A DNA stretch of 64,000 nucleotides from contig JBBFKW010000017.1 in NCBI GenBank assembly GCA_037481835.1, positions 1-64,000 on the forward strand, written 5' to 3'. Positions 1 through 7,225 of this stretch are shown piece after piece. Below the pieces are notes generated by a model. It was not told the DNA's origin and searched no databases. It saw nothing but the letters and a program-made list of their open reading frames with translations. Both the position numbers and the translations under genes were made by a program. Source of the DNA: Desulfosoma sp. Its GTDB lineage: Bacteria > Desulfobacterota > Syntrophobacteria > Syntrophobacterales > DSM-9756. Position 1 is the first letter of the stretch; each line of letters begins with the position of its first letter.

Positions 1-85
1 AATGGTGCTCAGGAAAGAGGGAAAAGCTTAAAAATGCTTAAGTCAACAGCATTGGCCTACGCCGGCCCCCGGGCCGAGGTGCGGC

Positions 86-595
86 TCACGATCCCGGGGC
101 GTCCCCGGGATCGTCCGGGAGCCGCTGGATAAAGCGAAGCACCCTCTCGCGGTGCCTGAGTCCCAGGGGCGTCAGCAGCTTGGTGGCGTGCTCGCCGAAA
201 AAGTCCTGGAGAAACGCCTTCAGCTTGGCCGCATCGCGCGCCAGGCTCTGGTGCTTTTCGATCCACCGGCCCACTGCCGACTCTAGGCTTCGAACCTTTT
301 CCTCCGCGGCTCGCTGTTGTTCCTCCACCTCCCGTTGGATCTCCTGGAAGGCCTCCGCGAGCCACTCCGCTTCCCGGCGGAAAGTTTCCACCCCCTGAGC
401 CATCATGGCCGCTTGGGCCTCCATGTGCCGTCCGTATTTTTCCCACTCGGCTCTTCCCCGAAGGGCGGCTTCCAGTTTTTGTTCCAGCCGGCGCGCGTAG
501 GCTTCCACCCGGGCCACGTATTCGGCCGCGTCCCGATGGTGACATTCATTGATCCAATAGCCCATGAGGGCCATCTGAAACGGATGAGGAAACAT
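86..595 (-). CDS. Hypothetical coiled-coil protein (169 aa), second gene of the ARPP-1 operon
   Basis: AGGAGG RBS overlaps the TAG stop of the upstream gene; E/A/R/Q-rich helical sequence (EAYARRLEQKLEAAL...EIQREVEEQQRAAEEKVRSLE); no family recognised. Confidence 0.75.
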   Translation of the reverse strand: MFPHPFQMALMGYWINECHHRDAAEYVARVEAYARRLEQKLEAALRGRAEWEKYGRHMEAQAAMMAQGVETFRREAEWLAEAFQEIQREVEEQQRAAEEKVRSLESAVGRWIEKHQSLARDAAKLKAFLQDFFGEHATKLLTPLGLRHRERVLRFIQRLPDDPGDAPGS

Positions 596-607
596 GATCC
601 CAACCTC

Positions 608-1633
608 CTATTCGCCCCGGTTGCGACGGTTGAAGGACCGACGACGATCCGCCGCCGAAAGCCTTCGAACACCCCGGGAGGAATCCGGACGGCGGCCGGA
701 AAGTTCCTTGGGAAAGCAGGAAAAGTGCACGAGCCGCTCGTTCCACACCAAACCGGACCCGATGAGGCGGCGACTTTCCAGGCGCACATCCCGACCGGCC
801 CCCGGCGAATCAAACACTTCCACGGGCGTCTCGAGCACCGAATCCCACCACCCTTGGACTGACTTCCGGCGCCGGCGCACCTCGACCTCCGAAAAGGCCA
901 CCTCGAAGGCGAAGCTCTTCAGGATCTTTTCGAACGCCTTTTGAAAGAGCCCGGCGGATCCCAAGAGCTCGCATCCCAGAACCCCCTGTGGACCATAGAA
1001 CACGGCGCCCACCTGGGCTTCAACGGGCCTCAGGCCGTCCACGTAGCCTCTCATGTGTTCGTCCGCCCGCTCCCTCGCCGACCGGAAATCCCGCGTTCGG
1101 GATTCCGCCCCGGCTTCGGCCAAGGATTCGTCCACTTCCCGCCAGACGGCGTGCTGATCGCTGAAAAAAGCCCTCTCCCGGCGCAGGCTCTCCGTGACGC
1201 TCTCCTTGTGGCTCACGCGGGACTTGGCACGAAAGACCGCACGGCCCGCTTCGAAGTCGGCCCGGCTCTGACGCCACCGGCCCGCCTCCATGCAGGAAAC
1301 CGGGATGGTGATCTCCCGGCCCGCCGGCACCAGGATGGTGGTGTTGACGATCCGGTTTTGATTGCCGCCCACAAGCTCTTCCCCGTCCAGGATGAGCACC
1401 GGGGATTCCCCTTCGTTCACGACCCGAAGGAAAGGCACCTGGCCCGATGCGCCGGTTTCCGTGATGTGAAAGAAACCCGCCTGGATCGCCTCTTCCACGA
1501 GCAGGATGCCGGAAAGGGACGGGACGGACCGCCCTTCCAGGATGGGGACCATCCCCAAAGCCTGGTGCGTTCTCGGGTCCCCCCAGACGAGATCTTCGGG
1601 AACAATGCTGTGAGCCGTAAGTCTTTTTTCCAT
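608..1633 (-). CDS. ARPP-1 / DUF6569 family protein
   Basis: Family-typical VPFLRVVNEGESPVLILDGEELVGGNQNRIVNTTILVPA...IPVSCMEAGRW and QHAVWREV motifs; strong RBS AAAGGAGG; Arg-rich C-terminal tail. Confidence 0.85.
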   Translation of the reverse strand: MEKRLTAHSIVPEDLVWGDPRTHQALGMVPILEGRSVPSLSGILLVEEAIQAGFFHITETGASGQVPFLRVVNEGESPVLILDGEELVGGNQNRIVNTTILVPAGREITIPVSCMEAGRWRQSRADFEAGRAVFRAKSRVSHKESVTESLRRERAFFSDQHAVWREVDESLAEAGAESRTRDFRSARERADEHMRGYVDGLRPVEAQVGAVFYGPQGVLGCELLGSAGLFQKAFEKILKSFAFEVAFSEVEVRRRRKSVQGWWDSVLETPVEVFDSPGAGRDVRLESRRLIGSGLVWNERLVHFSCFPKELSGRRPDSSRGVRRLSAADRRRSFNRRNRGE

Positions 1634-1734
1634 GGCGTCCTCCTTTCTCCCTCCGGCCGCCGGGCCCGCTTCACCCCGGCCGACTCCGGATCGGCCGCGG
1701 GACCGTGAAACCGAGGGGCTGCGTTGTTAGGGTG

Positions 1735-1768
1735 AACCTACCCTGACCCCCTGTCATTTCGTGTCAGG
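1735..1768 (-). promoter_or_regulatory. Candidate WYL-activator-type promoter (TGACA-N5-TGACAG-N10-TAGGTT)
   Basis: Minus strand reads CCTGACACGAAATGACAGGGGGTCAGGGTAGGTT; spacing matches the PafBC-type TGTCGG-N10-TAnnnT layout; no canonical -35. Confidence 0.4.
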
Positions 1769-1994
1769 CCGTGAACATTTTCTTGAAAAATTTATTCGTC
1801 ATGGCATTTCAGGCGGTTATCGGACCCAAAGGCGGGGAGGAGGCGTGGGTGGGAGGGATTTTTTTCTCAAGGCGAAACCTTTTCCGGCCGAATCCCGGAC
1901 CAGAGAAGGACTATAACGTTTTCCTGAACGGGATAATCGCCGGGCACCGTCCGCGTGGTTGCGGGCCGCATTCGTGCGACCAAGAGGTCGCGGC

Positions 1995-2067
1995 GGGCGG
2001 GGATAAACCCCGCCCCTACTCCAAAGGCCCCATCGGCTCTTGCAGGGGCGGACTTCGTGCACGCCCC
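1995..2067. repeat. GTAG-type REP pair (GTAGGGGCGGGGTTTATCCCCGCCC on minus strand plus degenerate partner)
   Basis: Palindromic GGGCGGGG-ataaa-CCCCGCCC followed by CTAC; related copy at 63887-63908. Confidence 0.65.
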
Positions 2068-2128
2068 GCGTCCATCCCGTGGCCGTCTCTTCAGGCCCGG
2101 GGCGCCTTCTCCGCTTTGATGCACTGGG

Positions 2129-2420
2129 TCACGCCAGCGAAAACAGGTTCAACACCACCCTGCCCACGAACGGGATGCGGTAATCCACCATCCACAGCAT
2201 GCCCCCCACGGCCGGGATCACCACGGCGGCGATGTTGTTGATGGTGAATCCCACGGGCATGCTGGGGGCGACATCCTTCGGGTCCGCAATCTTCTGGAAA
2301 TAGGTGCGGATAGCGATAGCGAAATTGTAGAAGATGTGATCCAGCACGTCCAGGGCGCCGGCCACCAGGGGGTTGCCGGTCAGGGCGTAACCCGGGAAGA
2401 TAAAGGCGATGACCGCACAT
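2129..2420 (-). pseudogene. C-terminal fragment of an MFS transporter
   Basis: Hydrophobic ...LDHIFYNFAIAIRTYFQKIADPKDVAPSMPVGFTINNIAAVVIPAVGGMLWMVDYRIPF...; N-terminus missing, replaced by IS debris. Confidence 0.7.
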
Positions 2421-2725
2421 TCTACTGGCGTTGAGCTGCTGGAGACCGTCCACGGTCCCGTAACGGAGCTTCCTACGGGCGACGTGGCTCTGGACGTGGA
2501 TGTTTTTCGCGTGGACAATTCCAAGACCCAAAAAGAGGGCGTTTCTTGAACCTCCCAGGGCTACGACGGCTATGCGCCCATTGGGCCCTCCCTGGGATCG
2601 GAGCGATGGTGCCTCGGAGGGGAGCTGCGGGAGGGAAGTCAGCATTTCAAGAACGGGTTTGTGCCTTTCTTGCGAGGGGTTTTGGGCAACGCCCGCCGAT
2701 TGACCGAAAAACCCCTTCTTGTGAA
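2421..2725 (+). mobile_element. IS1380-family transposase remnant (internal stop; absent from ORF track)
   Basis: Frame from 2421 reads ...ALDVDVFRVDNSKTQKEGVS*TSQGYDGYAPIGPSLGSERWCLGGELREGSQHFKNGFVPFLRGVLGNARRLTEKPLLV, resembling the IS1380 DDE N-terminal region. Confidence 0.7.
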
Positions 2726-2744
2726 CGTAGCGTCACTCCAGGAC

Positions 2745-2952
2745 TTTCATCCTTTGTTGTCTCGTCCAGCGTGATTTCATAATTTCTTGCCTCCTTGGAT
2801 CTAGATCTGAGTTGGGGTTCGCTTCGCTCACCCCAACCTACGAGTTTATTCCAGGATGTTGGACGGCGAATGTGGGATGGGGTGAGCGCAGCGTACCTCA
2901 ACAAAAATCGAGGATGCGGTTGCGTGTCGCGGTGTCGCAACAAAGGATGAAA
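2745..2952. repeat. MITE-like element with 15-bp terminal inverted repeats enclosing a GTAG-type REP doublet
   Basis: TTTCATCCTTTGTTG (2745-2759) / CAACAAAGGATGAAA (2938-2952); internal REPs at 2811-2841 and 2872-2902. Confidence 0.7.
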
Positions 2953-3035
2953 CTCGAACCCCGGGGGCAGCTTTGGCATTATCGGTTGTAGGAGACGGAT
3001 TGGGATTGCTCCCGCGGCAAAGGCCTTGATTTTCT

Positions 3036-3112
3036 TGGCGCGCCTGGGAGGATTCGAACCCCCGACCCGCGGATTAGAAGTCCGCTGCTCTGTCCTCCTG
3101 AGCTACAGGCGC
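3036..3112 (-). tRNA. tRNA-Arg (anticodon TCT)
   Basis: Reverse complement GCGCCTGTAGCTCAGGAGGACAGAGCAGCGGACTTCTAATCCGCGGGTCGGGGGTTCGAATCCTCCCAGGCGCGCCA; cloverleaf with encoded CCA. Confidence 0.97.
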
Positions 3113-3160
3113 CCGGTGGTGGGAAAAGGCGATGCGTCTTATGAAAACAACGCCTGCCCT

Positions 3161-3188
3161 ACTTTACGGAAAGCCCGGGCCGTGTCAA
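3161..3188 (-). promoter_or_regulatory. Sigma70 promoter of tRNA-Arg
   Basis: TTGACA-N16-TAAAGT on the minus strand about 50 bp upstream of the tRNA. Confidence 0.6.
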
Positions 3189-3445
3189 TAGCCTTGCCCG
3201 GAAAAGCCTTAGGCATGGCCCCCGCCCTTGAGCTTCCCTGGTTCCAGGAGTTCTCGGACAAGCTCCCCCGAGCTCGAATCCCTACGAAGGGAGAACTTCC
3301 CCAGCCGAGTCCGGAAAGGGCCAGGCGGGGCCCTTTTTCTTTGCCAACCGGGGCGGAAATCGGTAAATCTCGCCGAGAAAAGCGATCGGGAGGCGACGGC
3401 CTTAAAGGGACAAAGGCACCGGAAGGTGTTTGGGGAGGATGGGTC

Positions 3446-3610
3446 ATGACGCGCAGCACCGCATGGATGTGCCTCGGCGGCGGGGTGATTCTTTTCGGGA
3501 TCGGGGTGCAACGCCTGTGGCACCACGGCGATTGGGCCCTTTTGATTCTCAGCATCCTCATCGGCGCCTTCAGCATTTCCGCCCTCATAAAACTCAAGAA
3601 CCGGCCGTAA
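3446..3610 (+). CDS. Small 54-aa two-helix membrane protein
   Basis: GGAGG RBS; MTRSTAWMCLGGGVILFGIGVQRLWHHGDWALLILSILIGAFSISALIKLKNRP with two hydrophobic segments and basic tail. Confidence 0.6.
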   Translation: MTRSTAWMCLGGGVILFGIGVQRLWHHGDWALLILSILIGAFSISALIKLKNRP

Positions 3611-3638
3611 CCGCTCTATCATCCGGCATGGTCCGTGC

Positions 3639-3667
3639 TTGACGCCGAGACGCAAATCAACTACGGT
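3639..3667 (+). promoter_or_regulatory. Possible sigma70 promoter of lysS and the envelope operon
   Basis: TTGACG-N17-TACGGT upstream of lysS. Confidence 0.4.
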
Positions 3668-3732
3668 TCTTGCGCATTTTCGGCCCGCCTGTGCGGCCGG
3701 TCATCGCTTACCGGGAAAGGACATTCGTCTTC

Positions 3733-5223
3733 ATGGAGGAACTGAGCCAGGTTCTGCGCGAGCGCCTTGCGAAAGCGGAAGAGATGGAACGGGAGGGCAT
3801 CCGCCTCTACCCGAACGGATACCGCGTCGATCATGCCATCGGCGACATCGTCAACGACTTTTCCCACAAGAGCAAAGAGGAACTGGAGGCCGATCCGCCG
3901 TCTTTTGTCGTCGCAGGCCGCATCCTGGCTCTGCGCTCTTTCGGCCGATCCGTCTTCATGCACATTCAGGACGGATCCGGCCGCATTCAGATTTACTGCC
4001 AACAAAACACCCTGGGCAAAGACGCCTACGCTCTGGTCAAGAAGTTCGACCTGGGGGATATCATCCGCGTGGGCGGCACCCTGTTCCGCACCAAGACGGA
4101 CGAACTGACCCTCCTCGCCCAGGACATCGTGCTCCTGACCAAGAACCTCCGCCCGCTCCCGGAAAAATACCACGGCCTCAAAGACGTGGAGACCCGGTAC
4201 CGGCAGCGTTACGTGGATCTCATCGTCAATCCTTCGGTTCGCGAGACCTTCATCAAGAGAACGCACATTGTTCAAGCGGTGCGGCAGTTTCTTTCCGAAA
4301 GGGGTTTTCTCGAAGTGGAAACGCCCATGATGCAGGTCATCCCTGGTGGGGCCACAGCCAAGCCTTTCAAGACCTTTCATAACGCCCTGGGCATCGACCT
4401 GTATCTCCGCATCGCCCCCGAACTCTACCTCAAGCGGCTCCTCGTGGGGGGATTCGAGCGCGTCTTCGAACTCAACCGAAACTTCCGAAACGAAGGCATT
4501 TCCACCCAGCACAATCCCGAATTCACCATGCTGGAATTCTACCAGGCCTATGCCACCTATGAAGACATGATGCAGCTCACCGAGGAGCTCTTTGTCCACG
4601 TGGCCGGGCAGGTCAACGGCGGAAGCCTCCAGGTCGTCTATCAGGGCCAATCCATTGATCTCAGCCCTCCATGGCGGCGCTACCGCCTCTCAGAAGCCCT
4701 CACCCAAATCGGCGGCATTCCGGCCGAAGCCGTGGTCGACCCCGAACGAGCGGCGGCCGTCGCCCGCTCCTTGGGCCTTCCCGTGGAAAAGTACGAAGGT
4801 CACGGCAAGCTCCTGACGAAGATCTTCGACCTCGTGGTGGAACCCAAGCTCGTGCAGCCCACCTTCATCACGCACTACCCGTTGGAGGTCTCTCCCCTTT
4901 CGCGAAAAAACGACGACGAACCCCACCTGACCGACCGGTTCGAACTGTTCATCGCCGGGCGGGAAATGGCCAACGCGTTTTCCGAACTCAACGACCCTCG
5001 GGATCAGCGGGAGCGGTTCCGCCGCCAGGTGGAAGCGCGGGAAGCCGGGGACGAGGAAGCGCACCTCATGGACGAAGACTACATCCGGGCGCTGGAATAC
5101 GGCATGCCCCCGGCCGCCGGGGAGGGAATCGGCATCGACCGGATGGTCATGCTGTTTACCGACTCGCCGAGCATTCGGGACGTGATCCTCTTTCCGCACC
5201 TTCGCCCGGAAAAGAAATCGTAG
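3733..5223 (+). CDS. lysS: Lysine--tRNA ligase (class II)
   Basis: YRQRYVDL, LYLRIAPELYLKRL, FRNEG, HNPEFTMLE, GMPPAAGEGIGIDR motifs. Confidence 0.98.
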   Translation: MEELSQVLRERLAKAEEMEREGIRLYPNGYRVDHAIGDIVNDFSHKSKEELEADPPSFVVAGRILALRSFGRSVFMHIQDGSGRIQIYCQQNTLGKDAYALVKKFDLGDIIRVGGTLFRTKTDELTLLAQDIVLLTKNLRPLPEKYHGLKDVETRYRQRYVDLIVNPSVRETFIKRTHIVQAVRQFLSERGFLEVETPMMQVIPGGATAKPFKTFHNALGIDLYLRIAPELYLKRLLVGGFERVFELNRNFRNEGISTQHNPEFTMLEFYQAYATYEDMMQLTEELFVHVAGQVNGGSLQVVYQGQSIDLSPPWRRYRLSEALTQIGGIPAEAVVDPERAAAVARSLGLPVEKYEGHGKLLTKIFDLVVEPKLVQPTFITHYPLEVSPLSRKNDDEPHLTDRFELFIAGREMANAFSELNDPRDQRERFRRQVEAREAGDEEAHLMDEDYIRALEYGMPPAAGEGIGIDRMVMLFTDSPSIRDVILFPHLRPEKKS

Positions 5224-5233
5224 CGGAGCGGCC

Positions 5234-6484
5234 ATGCACTTCGAGCTTTTCGTCAGCCTCCGCTACCTCTTGGCCAAAAGGCGGCATGCCTTCATTTCCC
5301 TCATCACTTTGATCTCCGTTGCGGGCGTCGCCGTGGGCGTCATGGCGCTCATCGTGGTCTTGGCGGTCATGAACGGGTTTCAGCAGGACCTCAGGGACCG
5401 AATCCTCGGGGTGACATCCCATGCCGTCATCGGCCATTTTCAAGGAACCTTCGGAACGTACCGCGAAGTCCTGAAGGACATCGAAGAGGAAGAGGGGATT
5501 GCCGCCGCGACGCCTTTCGTACTCACCCAGGTCATGATGAATTCCGGAAAAGCCATCTCCGGAGCCATCCTGCGCGGGATCGACCCGGACAGCGCCCCCA
5601 AGGTGACCCGGCTGGAACAGAGTCTCCTTCAAGGAACGCTGTCGTCTCTGCTGGGAACTCCCCCTGCGGAGGCTTCCTCTACCGAAAGGTCCTCCCCCGG
5701 CATCATACTCGGGGTGGAACTGGCATCGCGGCTCGGGGTGAACGTCGACGATTACGTGACTTTGGTTTCCCCGACGGGCCTCACGACGCCGGCGGGGCGC
5801 GTTCCCAAAAGCCAGCTCTTCCGGGTGGTGGGTCTTTTTAAATCCGGCATGTACGAGTATGACAACACCTTGGCCTACGTCCACGTGCGAGACGCCCAAA
5901 GGCTTTTGGGGATCGGCGATGCCGTCAACGGCATCGAGGTCAAGGTCATCGATATCTACGCCGCGGCTCAGGTGGCTGAAAAGCTCCAGAAGAAGCTGGG
6001 CTATCCCTACTGGGTGCGCGACTGGATGCAGATGAATCACAACCTGTTTTCGGCGTTGAAGCTGGAAAAGGTCGTCATGTTCATCATCCTGACCTTGATC
6101 ATCCTGGTGGCGGCTTTCAACATCGTCAGTTCGCTCATCATGATGGTCATGGAGAAGACCAAGGACATCGCCATTCTGAAAGCCATGGGGGCGACGACCC
6201 ACAAGGTGCGACGGATTTTCGTCTACGAAGGGCTTTTGATCGGCGTTGTGGGGACCGTGCTTGGCCTTGCGGGGGGCTTCGGCCTGTGCGAGCTCCTCAA
6301 GCGCTACCAGTTCATCGAGCTGCCCCGGGACGTCTATTACATCTCCACCTTGCCCGTACGCATGGAGCTTCTGGACGTGGTCATCATCGCCACGGCGGCC
6401 GTGGCCATTTGTCTTGCGGCCACGTTCTACCCGTCCAAGCAGGCCGCCAAACTTCATCCGGCGGAGGCGCTGCGCTATGAATGA
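5234..6484 (+). CDS. lolE: Lipoprotein-releasing ABC transporter permease LolC/E
   Basis: [47 protein letters not shown]. Confidence 0.93.
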   Translation: MHFELFVSLRYLLAKRRHAFISLITLISVAGVAVGVMALIVVLAVMNGFQQDLRDRILGVTSHAVIGHFQGTFGTYREVLKDIEEEEGIAAATPFVLTQVMMNSGKAISGAILRGIDPDSAPKVTRLEQSLLQGTLSSLLGTPPAEASSTERSSPGIILGVELASRLGVNVDDYVTLVSPTGLTTPAGRVPKSQLFRVVGLFKSGMYEYDNTLAYVHVRDAQRLLGIGDAVNGIEVKVIDIYAAAQVAEKLQKKLGYPYWVRDWMQMNHNLFSALKLEKVVMFIILTLIILVAAFNIVSSLIMMVMEKTKDIAILKAMGATTHKVRRIFVYEGLLIGVVGTVLGLAGGFGLCELLKRYQFIELPRDVYYISTLPVRMELLDVVIIATAAVAICLAATFYPSKQAAKLHPAEALRYE

Positions 6485-7181
6485 TCGGCCGCAGGGCCTG
6501 CACATCCACGCCGTGGGCATCTCCAAGATCTTCAACAACGGGCCGCAGCGGGTGGAGCTTTTCCGGGACCTGGAACTCACCGTCGCTCGAGGAGAGATGG
6601 TGGCCGTGGTCGGCGCCTCCGGCGTGGGCAAATCCACGCTCCTGCATATCCTCGGCACCTTGGATCGGCCGACGGCGGGCAAGGTGCTTTTCGGAGGCAA
6701 CGACGTCTTCCTGTGGTCGGACGCCAAGCTTGCGGAATTCCGCAATCGTCATATCGGTTTCGTCTTTCAGTTCCATTACCTCTTGCCGGAATTCACGGCA
6801 CTGGAAAACGTCATGATGCCGGGCCTGATCGCCGGGCTTTCCAAGAGGGAGATTCGGGCCAGAGCCGAGGACCTCCTGGAGAAACTCCAGCTGGCGCACC
6901 GACGCCACCACAGGCCGGCGGAGCTTTCCGGCGGTGAACAGCAGCGGGTGGCCATCGCCCGGGCCCTGGTCATGGGACCGTCCCTTCTTCTGGCGGACGA
7001 ACCCACGGGGAACCTGGACACTCGCACGGCCCGCCGCTTTCATGAACTGTTGGTCGCCTTGAACAACGACCTGGGCCTGACCATGGTCGTGGTGACCCAT
7101 AACCAGGAACTGGCCGCCATCATGCACCGGACCCTGCAGCTCTCCGACGGGCAGCTCCGGCCTGCAGGGTCGACCCATTGA
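6477..7181 (+). CDS. lolD: Lipoprotein-releasing ABC transporter ATP-binding protein
   Basis: Walker [10 protein letters not shown], LolD motif [27 protein letters not shown]. Confidence 0.95.
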   Translation: MNDRPQGLHIHAVGISKIFNNGPQRVELFRDLELTVARGEMVAVVGASGVGKSTLLHILGTLDRPTAGKVLFGGNDVFLWSDAKLAEFRNRHIGFVFQFHYLLPEFTALENVMMPGLIAGLSKREIRARAEDLLEKLQLAHRRHHRPAELSGGEQQRVAIARALVMGPSLLLADEPTGNLDTRTARRFHELLVALNNDLGLTMVVVTHNQELAAIMHRTLQLSDGQLRPAGSTH

Positions 7182-7225
7182 AGGCGCGGTAGGGTTTTTT
7201 CCAAACACACATGAGGAGAATCATA

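Noticed and set aside
3026..3445. N-terminal part of the 194-aa ORF 3026-3610
   Set aside because: Overlaps tRNA-Arg and its promoter on the other strand; only the last 54 codons have an RBS and protein-like sequence
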